From: Schmidtea polychroa
Lineage: Eukaryota
NCBI GenBank assembly: GCA_044892525.1
Contig: CM097885.1
Coordinates: 6,946,001-7,010,000 of the forward strand
Length of the DNA stretch: 64,000 bases
Direction of reading: 5' to 3'
A program made the position numbers and the translations under genes. Below, in pieces: positions 1-12,726 of this stretch; the first letter of the stretch is position 1; each line of letters opens with the position of its first letter. The notes under the pieces are model-generated. The model worked only from the letters and a program-made list of their open reading frames with translations. It did no database searches and had not been told where the DNA came from.

Positions 1-1050
1 CGGGCGGGCTCACACTTTTTTTCATCCCAAAAATAAATGTTTCTGCCAACAGATTTTATTGGACGATAGCTCATCTTAAAGCTCTATGCAACACCTTTCG
101 AATAAGCTATTGAAGGTATCATCATCATTAACATCGGCAAAGTTATTAACGTTTTCCCGAGACCATTTTTCAAGGTCATTTATTATTTTCAAGGTCAAAT
201 TTTTAAATAAAAGGTCAAGGTCATTTATTTTCTCAAGGTCATTTATTATTTTCAAAGTCATTTATTTTTTCAAGGTCATTTAATTTTTCAAGGTCATTTA
301 TTTTTTCAAGGTCATTTAATTTTAATTATGTGGCCGGGAGGGCTCACACTTTTTTTCATCCCAAAAATTAATGTTCCCACCAACAGATTTTATTGGACGA
401 TACCTTATTTTAAAGCTCTGTGCAAGACCTTTCTAATGAGATATAGATTTCTATCATACAATGACTCATCACATTTTTAGAACAAAGACAGTGACTCATA
501 CGATGACACATCACATTTTTAGAACGATGACTCATCAAGGTCAAGGTCAAATTTTTAATAAAAGGTCAAGGTCAAGGTCATTTATTTTTTCAAGGTCATT
601 TATTTTTTCAAGGTCATTTAATTTTTCAAGGTCATTTATTTTTTCAAGGTCATTTATTATTATTATTATAATTATTATTATTATTATTATTATATATAAT
701 CTATCCGACAAAATATTCTGTCCCACTATGGGTACTGCACACAAATGTACTTCTCACATTCAACAAGTCACAATGGTACTGTTCACAATGCTACTGGTAA
801 ATATATTCAAGACAAAACCTAAAATATTTTTTACACACACATGCACAACCCATTAACAATTATTATTGTAAATATTAGTGAAAAACCTAAAATATTATTT
901 ACACACACACACAACCCATTAAACTTTATTATTATTATTATTGAAAAACCTAAAATATTTTTTACACACACGCAATCCATTAACAATCATTATTATCAAT
1001 ATTAGTGAAAACCTAAAATATTTTCTACACACATATACAACCCATTAAAC

Positions 1051-1123
<73 letters not shown>

Positions 1124-1166
1124 GAAAAACCTAAAATATGGTTTACACACACACAACCCATTAACA

Positions 1167-1216
<50 letters not shown>

Positions 1217-1407
1217 AATTATTATTATTATTATTGCAAATATTAGTCAAAAACATAAAAACACACACACAACCCATTAAACTTTATTATTATTATTATT
1301 GAAAACCTAAAATATTTTTTACACACACGCAATCCATTAACAATCATTATTATCAATATTAGTGAAAACCTAAAATATTTTCTACACACATATACAACCC
1401 ATTAAAC

Positions 1408-1474
<67 letters not shown>

Positions 1475-1541
1475 GAAAAACCTAAAATATGGTTTACACA
1501 CACACAACCCATTAACAATTATTATTATTATTATTATTATA

Positions 1542-1577
<36 letters not shown>

Positions 1578-1686
1578 GCAAATATTAGTCAAAAACATAA
1601 AAACACACACACAACCCATTAACAATTATTATTATCAATATTAGTGAAAACCTAAAACATTTTCCACACACACAACCCATTAAACT

Positions 1687-1757
<71 letters not shown>

Positions 1758-2040
1758 ATTAGTCAAAAACCTAAAATAATTTTTACACACTAAGTTATGG
1801 GGTAGAGAATTATTATATGTTTGCAATATTTTGTGTTTGCCTATACAGGAAGTTGTCAATAAGGAGCGATAATTTTATACATACATTCTATATACACATA
1901 CCTTGTTTAACATGGGTGTATATACTCCTAGTCTATCCGACAAAATATTCTGTCCCCCTATGGGTATTGCTCACAAAGGTACTACTCACACTCAACATAT
2001 CGCAAGGGTATATCAATTATGGTTAGTAAATAAAACCTAT
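1..2040. repeat. Sub-terminal repeat region of a Maverick-like element whose terminus lies upstream of the window
   Basis: Direct repeat 1-115 vs ~336-430. Many TCAAGGTCA and ATGACTCAT motifs resemble the outer TIR at 36230-36470. AAAACCTAAAA..ACACAC..AACCCATTAA units alternate with (TTA)n. Two copies of the ~90 bp shared motif. Confidence 0.6.
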
Positions 2041-3480
2041 CACACACACTTTTATATTTAAACGATAAAAATCAAGACAAGAGAGGACAAGGCAAAGTTT
2101 ATGCATTTAGTATTGCCAGGCCTAATGAGCAGTGATCAAATATCTGTGCCTGAAAGACACGGTGGATATTTGTTCGCGTCCACAAGGGTCGTCTGTGCCT
2201 CCCTCAAGTGGGGTCAGAAGAACCTGGGCATTATAGTTTTCTGTATGGAACATTACGCATAGCATGGGTAGTCAACTACCAGCACATTCGAAACGTATAA
2301 TTTCAAAATACATGCGTCATTGGCACTATAACCAAATTAATTAATGTTTTCACTAACACAAATATATATTTACAGAGGCCTCCCACTAGTTGGATTACAA
2401 CCGCCCACCACGACGATCAGCTTGTAAATATATATTAATTAAGGGATAAAGAGGACCCACCCAACCCTATTATATTTAATTTACAAATTTTTCTCGCTCT
2501 TCTGCTGGTAATCTATCTCAAAATTATCATCTCCATCGGGCCATTTGGAATACATCTTGCAAATTGGACGTATTTCTTAGTTTCTGATGCGGCGTCCACT
2601 ATCATTGCTAAAATTTATATTGATTTAAAAGCAATTAACTTACATTATCTAACATTTTATCGTCACAAATTAAATTCTGTCTGACTATTAGGCAACTGTT
2701 ATTTGTGGTATACTTTTTCAATGTCATTTCCCACCATAAAACACAGATACGTAAATATAATATATATATTTTAAAAGATTAATTCATGTCTTACATTAAT
2801 AATAATATTCTTCAGGTAGTACTTTACAATATCTAATTGCTAAAACATCGGTTTTTCCCATTTTTCTTGACATTCGTTGAAAGTTTACATAATTTAAGTC
2901 TGATAATTCATGTTGAAGGACACCCACAATCAGCTAATTCATTTAAGAAATCCAGAACATAGCAATGTTTCACCATTTTGCCTGGTTCATTTTCTTCTAT
3001 AATTCATGTTTTAATAAGAAATCTCTAAATCCAGAACATAAGTCATTTAGTGTTTCACCATTTTGTTCATCTTCTTCATAATCATATAATTCATTTTCTT
3101 CATTACTAAGTAAAATAATTAAAATATTTTAGTAAATTCTTTATTTATTTACTTTATGGATACTAAAACGAAAGAAATAACGTTATATCAGAATTATATT
3201 TAAATAATTTAAATTTAGTTATTTAAACATATTTAAACATTAATATTATTATATAGTATAATTTTATATAATTTTATATAATATTATAATATTATAATTT
3301 TATGTACACTTATATATCCTTAATTTAATTTTTTAAATTCAAAAATTTATAATGAAGATTCTTTGAATTAAAAAATATTCTGTTAGTATTTCCAGGCAGA
3401 AAACAACGAATTCAATAATTAAAATCTTAATTTTCATGTTGTTAGGGTTGTGGCCAGAAGTTAATCGCCATCTAATCGTT

Positions 3481-6400
3481 TGTTCTCAATTTCGCTCATT
3501 TTTGTTCAAAACATTCAGGTGAGTTGTTATCTGGAAAGTTTCTTTGAGCTCAGTTTTGTTAAAACACTCACGGTATTTTTGAGGGACGTGACACTGGAAA
3601 TAAATTAACAATGGGTGGTCTTGCATACATGTTGTTGGTTTGAACTGTTGATTTATTTTAGAAATATGTATATTAAAAACATTTAAGGTATCATTCAGTA
3701 AAATAATATAGTATTTTTGAGTATTTTTAGTTGATTTATAAATAACAGTATTTTGATATATCAATAAAGACCATATACTCCTAGTTTATCCGACAAAATA
3801 TTCTGTCCCCCTATGGGTATTGCTAGCAAGGGTACTGGTCACACTCAACAAGTCGCAAGGGTATATTAATCATTTAGAAATTCTTAGGTAAGATAATCAG
3901 AAATTTGTGAATATTTTAAATGTAACTTTACACTTATGTCGAGCGACTAATTTATTGGTTAACCTTTTAGACATTTAAAGCAAAAGGTAATTTATTCATC
4001 TAATGTTCGTTACAATAGTTAATAATATGAGAAAAACATGGTCATTATTCATTGATAATTTTAAATTCTTTATCATTTAGAGTAAATTTGTTTGAGGCAA
4101 AAATAATTAAAGGAGTCATAATAGAAATATGGTTATCATTTATCCAATTAAGGGGCTAATTAGTTAGAAATATATATTATAAAGTAACAATTATTTTCTA
4201 ATTTAATTAGATGATCATTAGACGTAATATATCTTTGCGAGAAATTTAAGATGTTTGAGTAACCAAAACATGGATATTTTGTGCGATAAATTTATGAATA
4301 TTGGTTAATTTTGTTATTTTTAGTCATTTAAAATAATATTTAGCAAAGGTAATTTAGCAAAATATCATTGAAAGATTTATCCATCCGATAATAATATTCC
4401 TTCAATAGATTTTACCTTTAATATTCAACCGATTTAATTTCTAGAAATCTAATTAAAATCATAAAATTCCTTCAATAAAGTTAAATTTTCTTTAGCCGTT
4501 GTCGATTTCCAACTTTTAAGTCAATATTTCTCAAGTTTTGTCACTGATGTCCCCACAATGAATAAAATAACTTCTTAAGTAAATAATTTAAAGCAATAAC
4601 CTTTGATATCAATCCCAATTAATTCTAAAGATTTCAAATATTTCATTGTGAAAACCAAGTAAATTGATCATTAACCCTAAACGACTTAATAAAACAATGG
4701 ATAATTAATAAAAAACTGGTTCTAAAACATAAATCTAAATTACTGTGCAATAACATTCATCACAACCTAATAAACCTTTAAAACGATATAATTTCACAGG
4801 AACTATTATTAATTCATAGCTAAATACTGACTATTTCCCTTTAAAATTTTACCAATAAGAACATTGTCGATTTAAATAGAGATTTCAAACATTTCCACCT
4901 TAACCGATCCCTCACCAAATATTTCTATCATTTTAAACACCCCCTTAAAAATCATATATTACCATCTTAACCAACCGACTTTAATATATCAGACCTTTAA
5001 TATATCAATTCTCTTAAAATCCATAGAAAATTCTTCAAAATATGAATTTTATTTAATTGTTACAGACATCCGTCCATTGAAATAATTTAGTATCTAAATT
5101 CAAAGAGTCCACTAAAAGATCAAAATTCACTAAAATCAATATTTAACCACATGTATCATCAAATACCTAACTAGAGATGAAATATATTGATTGATCATAA
5201 TTCTTCATCGATCCAGCTAATTATATAGCAATTATAACGTGATATATCTTTCAAAATCACAAATTTCAGTATATTTTACAATAATTTTTACAAAAATTAA
5301 ATAATAATCACTTGATTATTGTAAAAACTCTAATTATTAACCTAACTGTCATTAAAAATAATTTTTATTTAAAAGTAAATTTAAAAACAAGTCAATAAAA
5401 TATAGCAAATTATCAAGAAATTAATTAAATTTGTCTTAGAATTAACACTAAAACGTTAAATTTCAAAATATTCTTTCAATTATTCACAAAAAGGTTAGTA
5501 ATAATGTTAGTAAAATCCCGCTAACTCTAAAAATTACCAATGAATTTAATGCTAAATAATAACCAAAAATTTGCCTAAATAAAATCATTAAAACACACCA
5601 GTACCCTTACGAGCAGTACCAATTGTGAGCAGTACCCATAGAGGGAGAAAATATCTTGTCGGATAAACTCAGAGTATATATAATAAAACGAATTAACAAT
5701 AACTCCATCAAATTGAATCAGTCAAATTAACACAAATTTTGATAAAAAATCTTATTCTAAAATGTTAAGAAGCGTAAAGTCGAAAGATAATTTTAATAAC
5801 ACCGAGATAAATTAACAATATTATTCTCAGGTGGTAAGAATCTTCATTAAAGTTAGGAAATTATTTATTAATCTGTCATAAAATTATAATAAACTTCAAA
5901 GGGGTTAAAATAAGTGTTAGAATAATTCATTATTGGATTATGGAAGGTCAATGAAAATATACTGAGAAGTGGCATGGATATATATTAATTTTATTTATTT
6001 AAAATTATTTCATAAAATTCATAAATTTCATAAAAATTCATAAAAACGTTCACTTTAATAAAAAAATATTTAATACAATTTTAAAAGAAATATTTGCCCG
6101 GAGAATATAAATGATAATAATTATTGGGAAATCGAGAATCGGCGGCTATAAGTGATGAGGATATATAAAATTATTTCTATTATATGAGCTACTAAAGAAT
6201 TAAAATATTTTAATAATGCGATAAACTTTTATTTAATAAAGTATTTAATCCCAAATGATTATTTTATTACATAAGAAACCGTGAAGGGTATTTGACAGAG
6301 TAATTATGATAAATTCATATTTTAAATTTTGATTAAGTCCTTTAATATTAGCAATTATTATTAAATTTACTATTTTACACTAAATATTTCATTTCACTTT

Positions 6401-8768
6401 AATGAAGATTCTTACCACCTGAGAATAATATTGTTAATTTATCTCGGTGTTATTAAAATTATCTTTCGACTTTACGCTTCTTAACATTTTAGAATAAGAT
6501 TTTTTATCAAAATTTGTGTTAATTTGACTGATTCAATTTGATGGAGTTATTGTTAATTCGTTTTATTATATATACTCTGAGTTTATCCGACAAGATATTT
6601 TCTCCCTCTATGGGTACTGCTCACAATTGGTACTGCTCGTAAGGGTACTGGTGTGTTTTAATGATTTTATTTAGGCAAATTTTTGGTTATTATTTAGCAT
6701 TAAATTCATTGGTAATTTTTAGAGTTAGCGGGATTTTACTAACATTATTACTAACCTTTTTGTGAATAATTGAAAGAATATTTTGAAATTTAACGTTTTA
6801 GTGTTAATTCTAAGACAAATTTAATTAATTTCTTGATAATTTGCTATATTTTATTGACTTGTTTTTAAATTTACTTTTAAATAAAAATTATTTTTAATGA
6901 CAGTTAGGTTAATAATTAGAGTTTTTACAATAATCAAGTGATTATTATTTAATTTTTGTAAAAATTATTGTAAAATATACTGAAATTTGTGATTTTGAAA
7001 GATATATCACGTTATAATTGCTATATAATTAGCTGGATCGATGAAGAATTATGATCAATCAATATATTTCATCTCTAGTTAGGTATTTGATGATACATGT
7101 GGTTAAATATTGATTTTAGTGAATTTTGATCTTTTAGTGGACTCTTTGAATTTAGATACTAAATTATTTCAATGGAAGGATGTCTGTAACAATTAAATAA
7201 AATTCATATTTTGAAGAATTTTCTATGGATTTTAAGAGAATTGATATATTAAAGGTCTGATATATTAAAGTCGGTTGGTTAAGATGGTAATATATGATTT
7301 TTAAGGGGGTGTTTAAAATGATAGAAATATTTGGTGAGGGATCGGTTAAGGTGGAAATGTTTGAAATCTCTATTTAAATCGACAATGTTCTTATTGGTAA
7401 AATTTTAAAGGGAAATAGTCAGTATTTAGCTATGAATTAATAATAGTTCCTGTGAAATTATATCGTTTTAAAGGTTTATTAGGTTGTGATGAATGTTATT
7501 GCACAGTAATTTAGATTTATGTTTTAGAACCAGTTTTTTATTAATTATCCATTGTTTTATTAAGTCGTTTAGGGTTAATGATCAATTTACTTGGTTTTCA
7601 CAATGAAATATTTGAAATCTTTAGAATTAATTGGGATTGATATCAAAGGTTATTGCTTTAAATTATTTACTTAAGAAGTTATTTTATTCATTGTGGGGAC
7701 ATCAGTGACAAAACTTGAGAAATATTGACTTAAAAGTTGGAAATCGACAACGGCTAAAGAAAATTTAACTTTATTGAAGGAATTTTATGATTTTAATTAG
7801 ATTTCTAGAAATTAAATCGGTTGAATATTAAAGGTAAAATCTATTGAAGGAATATTATTATCGGATGGATAAATCTTTCAATGATATTTTGCTAAATTAC
7901 CTTTGCTAAATATTATTTTAAATGACTAAAAATAACAAAATTAACCAATATTCATAAATTTATCGCACAAAATATCCATGTTTTGGTTACTCAAACATCT
8001 TAAATTTCTCGCAAAGATATATTACGTCTAATGATCATCTAATTAAATTAGAAAATAATTGTTACTTTATAATATATATTTCTAACTAATAAGCCCCTTA
8101 ATTGGATAAATGATAACCATATTTCTATTATGACTCCTTTAATTATTTTTGCCTCAAACAAATTTACTCTAAATGATAAAGAATTTAAAATTATCAATGA
8201 ATAATGACCATGTTTTTCTCATATTATTAACTATTGTAACGAACATTAGATGAATAAATTACCTTTTGCTTTAAATGTCTAAAAAGTTAACCAATAAATT
8301 AGTCGCTCGAAATAAGTGTAAAGTTACATTTAAAATATTCACAAATTTCTGATTATCTTACCTAAGAATTTCTAAATGATTAATATACCCTTGCGACTTG
8401 TTGAGTGTGACCAGTACCCTTGCTAGCAATACCCATAGGGGGACAGAATATTTTGTCGGATAAACTAGGAGTATATGGTCTTTATTGATATATCAAAATA
8501 CTGTTATTTATAAATCAACTAAAAATACTCAAAAATACTATATTATTTTACTGAATGATACCTTAAATGTTTTTAATATACATATTTCTAAAATAAATCA
8601 ACAGTTCAAACCAACAACATGTATGCAAGACCACCCATTGTTAATTTATTTCCAGTGTCACGTCCCTCAAAAATACCGTGAGTGTTTTAACAAAACTGAG
8701 CTCAAAGAAACTTTCCAGATAACAACTCACCTGAATGTTTTGAACAAAAATGAGCGAAATTGAGAACA
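3481..8768. repeat. Giant inverted repeat: arms 3481-5853 and 6396-8768 (2373 bp each) with a 542 bp spacer
   Basis: Arms are reverse complements. Outer and inner coordinate sums both equal 12249, so there is no net indel. About 4 substitutions spotted by eye. Confidence 0.97.
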
Positions 8769-9394
8769 GTAGTGAGGAATCTATGCACCCCAGCACCCCC
8801 ACCCTCAAAAAAGGTTTTGAAAGTTTTAAAAATAAAAAATTTTATGAAAATAGTAAAACTGCTCTGAGGGGACAGTGGTATTTTTTTTTTTTTTTTTTTT
8901 TTTTTTCACTGTCCCCTCAACAGTTTTTTTTGATCCGGATCATTTTTTTTTTATTTATCAACCTCTTTCGTTTATCAAATCTCTTCCAATATACAAGCTG
9001 GCCAGACTCATACATCAGAATCAATCCGATAATAGCAGCACGCCTTATTATTCGCTTCTCGCTCACGAAGTCGATTTCAACGGCGTTTTAAGCGTGCTGC
9101 TCGAAAGTACAAATGAATTCGAAAGCGAATCCGAAAGAGGTCCGAAAACAACCAAGAAATAAATGTGCACATTATAGAATCGATCCGGGGGTGTTCGAAA
9201 GACAGGTGGCGATAATTACCGGTTCGCCACCATCACCCGTTTCAATATTTTTTTTTTCATATTTATGTTTAAAAAATAATTAATTAATAAAAAAATAAAA
9301 TAAAATAAAATAAATAAAATAAAATATACAAGTACTTTATAAATATAAGATACCCACACTATTATTTTCAAATTTTTAATATTATTTTATGTTG

Positions 9395-9476
9395 AAAAAA
9401 AACTAACCACAGTTAGGATTTGAACCGCTATCTATTTGAACCACTGTGCCGGTCTAGCCCACTGCGCCATCAAGGT
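9395..9476 (-). ncRNA. tRNA-like Pol III unit 1
   Basis: Minus strand: A box TGGCGCAGTGG, B box GGTTCAAATCC, then T8. Confidence 0.6.
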
Positions 9477-9635
9477 TTGAATTTTTGTCATTTTTTAGAC
9501 TATAAATAATCGATTCAAGTTAAAACGTTTTTGATCTTAAATTTCCAAGAGTTGCCGTTGACCAATCACCTTTAAAATTTGTACAAGTACTAAATCGAGT
9601 ATGCTGATCAATATTTTGTTTAAAAAAAAAATTTG

Positions 9636-9716
9636 AAAAAAAATGACCGAAATGGGATTTGAACCCATTGGTATTGGCAATGCAGTCGAGTGCTATTACC
9701 ACTAAGCTATACTCAA
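9636..9716 (-). ncRNA. tRNA-like Pol III unit 2 (resembles tRNA-Cys 5' half)
   Basis: Minus strand GTATAGCTTAGTGGTAATAGCACTCGACTGCA...ATGGGTTCAAATCCCAT, then T8. T-arm is intact; acceptor and anticodon stems do not pair. Confidence 0.65.
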
Positions 9717-9869
9717 TATGAAATAAGTTGTTAATGTGTGACTATTTATTGATGAAATTAATAATTAATTATTCATTTTCTCGACAACTACCACTCAGAT
9801 CCATCTGAAAATTTAAATATATACTAAAATCAGTACGCTGAATCAGATTCCGTTGAAAAAAAAATATCG

Positions 9870-9951
9870 AAAAAAATTGACCAAAATCGAAAATTGAACC
9901 CGGTACTCCCGGTGATAAAATTGAAGCCTATTCCCACTCCGCTATAATGGC
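9870..9951 (-). ncRNA. tRNA-like Pol III unit 3 (degenerate B box)
   Basis: Minus strand: A box TAGCGGAGTGG, B-like GGTTCAATTTT, T7. A-B spacing matches units 1 and 2. Confidence 0.5.
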
Positions 9952-10007
9952 TTACATAATATATTTAATTAATCCTATTTTGTGTGTGTAAATTTTAATA
10001 TATAAAA

Positions 10008-11300
10008 ATGAATAATATAAATCTTAAAATTCAAGAAAAAAATAAATTAAATCTTGATTATAATAAAGAATTTACTCATGAAATCAAGAAAAATGATGTA
10101 CTTAAAATCTCCCCAACATCAGGATCTATTGCAAACTTAAATCGTAGGGGTGATATAGTTTTTCAATCTCTTCAAACATCAAACCCTATAGATATTTGTA
10201 ATGCCAAATTATATTATAAAATCGAATTAGAAATTGAAGCAAACAAAGATATAACCCTAGAAAATAATTTCTTTCCAAATTTATTCTCCAACATGAGATT
10301 AAAACTAGGATCATCAGAAATTGAAACTGTTTTGCATCCGGGAGTATATTCTACAATGTTAAATTTTATTTTGACTGGTTGTGATTATAAAAACGAATAT
10401 GGTGAATTAACAGGTTGGATTCCTGATGTTAATAAAGGGGATTTAGATAAAGATGGTTTAGATGTAAACCATGGTTACCATAAAAGAGCTGAACTTTATA
10501 AATCTAAAAAATTTGAAGGTTATTTTGAATTAAAACACTTGTTTGGATTCCTTCAAAACTATAATCGTATACTTCATAATGTTTTTATAGAATTCATCTG
10601 TAATAGAGTAGAAGGTGATAAAAGATTGTTCTATGGAGCTGTAGATACAAAAGCTAAATTAAAATTATCAACACTTGAATTACATATACCTGAATGGACA
10701 TTAAACCCACATTCTGAGATTAAACTCCTTGAAAGATTAAATTCCAACAAGTCTATAAATGTAAATTATTTAAATAGAATCTGTAGTGAATTTAGTATGA
10801 CAGAGGGTTCAACATATTCTATAAAGGTAGCAAATTTAGCATACCGACCAAGATATATCTTGATTGGATTCAAAGAAGTAGATTCATCTTTCCAAAAAAA
10901 TAACAACTTGTTTATTCAAAAGATTGGAGTTGATAATTTAAAAACAATCCAAATTCAATTAAATAGTTCTTATTATCCAATAAATAGAATGGAATTTAAT
11001 ATTGAAAATAATGAAAACATATTCCCATATCTAAATTATATTGAAACATGTTATGATTTCAAAGTTGAACCGCAATTAAGTTTAGAAGATTTCAAAAATT
11101 TATATTCTATATTTTGTATAAATGTTTCAGACCAAGATGATCGCCTAGCCATAAATAATGTTGATGTTACACTTCATGTAACAAAGGATTCTAATTTTAA
11201 AGCTAAAGTATATACATTAATATTAGAAGAAAAGAAAATAGAAATGAAATTATATGGTGGAAAGATTTCAATAATCGAAAATGTTAGGGGAGATTCTTGA
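10008..11300 (+). CDS. Major capsid protein (double jelly-roll, Polinton type)
   Basis: 430 aa. Motifs NNFFPNLFS..RLKLG..IE, RPRYILIGF, IQLNSSYYP and YSIFCINVS fit Polinton MCP; gene context agrees. Confidence 0.8.
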   Translation: MNNINLKIQEKNKLNLDYNKEFTHEIKKNDVLKISPTSGSIANLNRRGDIVFQSLQTSNPIDICNAKLYYKIELEIEANKDITLENNFFPNLFSNMRLKLGSSEIETVLHPGVYSTMLNFILTGCDYKNEYGELTGWIPDVNKGDLDKDGLDVNHGYHKRAELYKSKKFEGYFELKHLFGFLQNYNRILHNVFIEFICNRVEGDKRLFYGAVDTKAKLKLSTLELHIPEWTLNPHSEIKLLERLNSNKSINVNYLNRICSEFSMTEGSTYSIKVANLAYRPRYILIGFKEVDSSFQKNNNLFIQKIGVDNLKTIQIQLNSSYYPINRMEFNIENNENIFPYLNYIETCYDFKVEPQLSLEDFKNLYSIFCINVSDQDDRLAINNVDVTLHVTKDSNFKAKVYTLILEEKKIEMKLYGGKISIIENVRGDS

Positions 11301-11329
11301 TTTAATCCCTGATATTTTAACATTTTAAA

Positions 11330-12715
11330 ATGTCTTTAAATAAATATTGGAGATGTGAAACTTGTAATTGTCAAGTTACAAGACATCATAAAGCAAGCCA
11401 TCTTAAAACTAAAAAACATACAGGAGGCGATTTGCAATCTTCAAAAACAACATCTTCAATATTAAAACCTTTTACTACAGAAAAATATCCAGGTGAAAGA
11501 CATTTATTTAAACACAACTATACTGGACCAGGAACAAGATTAGATATTAGATTAGATGAAAATAATAATCCCAAACAAGGAGAAGAACCAATAAATAGAA
11601 TTGATCAAGCAGCTTTAAAACATGACATTGCATACAATTCAACAAATCTTAGAGATAGACATGTTGCAGATGTGAATTTAATACATGATTTAAATAGTAT
11701 CCAAAATCCATCAACCCAAGAAAAGATTCAAAGAGCTCTAGTTAAATTAGCAATGAAAGGTAAGATTTTCATAGGCTTAGGACACAGTCCGATCACCATG
11801 GGTGCAAGACTTCCTAGGAAAGCAAAAGATGTTGCTTATAAAAAGATTATCGAACAAGCAGACATTGAAAGATCCCTCGAGAGTACAGCCAAGACTAGTT
11901 TACAAACCCCAACAGAATCAGAAATAAAATATGCAAAGGAATTACACCATGAATTTAGAAAAAATAAAAAATATTTAAAAGTTCAAGTACATGAAAAAGA
12001 TCAAACATGGTCTGCAGATTTAGTCTTTATGCCCAAATCATCAGACCCTGAAAAATATAAAATAATTTTAACTGTAATAGATTTATATACAAGATTTGCT
12101 TTTGCAAGATGTTTAGAAAATAAAACAGGATATTCTATTACAGAAGCATTTGAAAATATATTTGAAGAAAATCAAAGAATCCCAAAATATTTATGGTGTG
12201 ATAAAGGAACAGAATTTTATAACAAAGTTTTTACAAAGTTTTTAAATGAAAATGATATTAAATTATATTCAACAGAAAACGAAGGAAAAGCAGTCGTAGT
12301 TGAAAGATTAAATAGAACATTAAAAAATAAAATGTGGAAATATTTTACTGCTATTGGAAAACAAAAATGGAACAATGAATTGTTACAAAAGATTGTAAAT
12401 GAATATAATAATGATGTACATAGTTCTATAAAATTAACACCTTTAAATGCTTCCACGAAGCCTGAAACCATTAAAGTGGTAAATATTGAAAATGATGTTA
12501 TTGAAAAACCAAAGTTTAAAATTGGTGACCGAGTAAGAATATTTAAATATAAAAATAAATTTGAAAAAGGATTCACAGCAAAATGGACAAATGAAATTTT
12601 TATTATAAATAAAATACATTATACAACTCCAATAACATATACCATCTTTGATTTAAATAATGAAAAAATATTAGGTAGATTTTATAATAATGAGTTACAG
12701 AAAACAGATTTTTAA
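11330..12715 (+). CDS. Fusion protein: C2H2-like Zn finger + parvovirus VP1u-type phospholipase A2 + rve (DDE) integrase
   Basis: CETC..H..H; NYTGPGT..PINRIDQAALKHDIAY..ADVNL; WSADL, IDLYTRFAF, CDKGTEF, VERLNRTLK, KFKIGDRVRI. Confidence 0.9.
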   Translation: MSLNKYWRCETCNCQVTRHHKASHLKTKKHTGGDLQSSKTTSSILKPFTTEKYPGERHLFKHNYTGPGTRLDIRLDENNNPKQGEEPINRIDQAALKHDIAYNSTNLRDRHVADVNLIHDLNSIQNPSTQEKIQRALVKLAMKGKIFIGLGHSPITMGARLPRKAKDVAYKKIIEQADIERSLESTAKTSLQTPTESEIKYAKELHHEFRKNKKYLKVQVHEKDQTWSADLVFMPKSSDPEKYKIILTVIDLYTRFAFARCLENKTGYSITEAFENIFEENQRIPKYLWCDKGTEFYNKVFTKFLNENDIKLYSTENEGKAVVVERLNRTLKNKMWKYFTAIGKQKWNNELLQKIVNEYNNDVHSSIKLTPLNASTKPETIKVVNIENDVIEKPKFKIGDRVRIFKYKNKFEKGFTAKWTNEIFIINKIHYTTPITYTIFDLNNEKILGRFYNNELQKTDF

Positions 12716-12726
12716 GTCGACAAGCC

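Noticed and set aside
3486..3764. Duplicated 92-aa ORF (also 8485-8763)
   Set aside because: Non-ATG start, no recognisable motif; identity is just a result of the palindrome.
9636..9716. Functional tRNA-Cys gene
   Set aside because: Acceptor and anticodon stems do not pair; kept only as tRNA-like.
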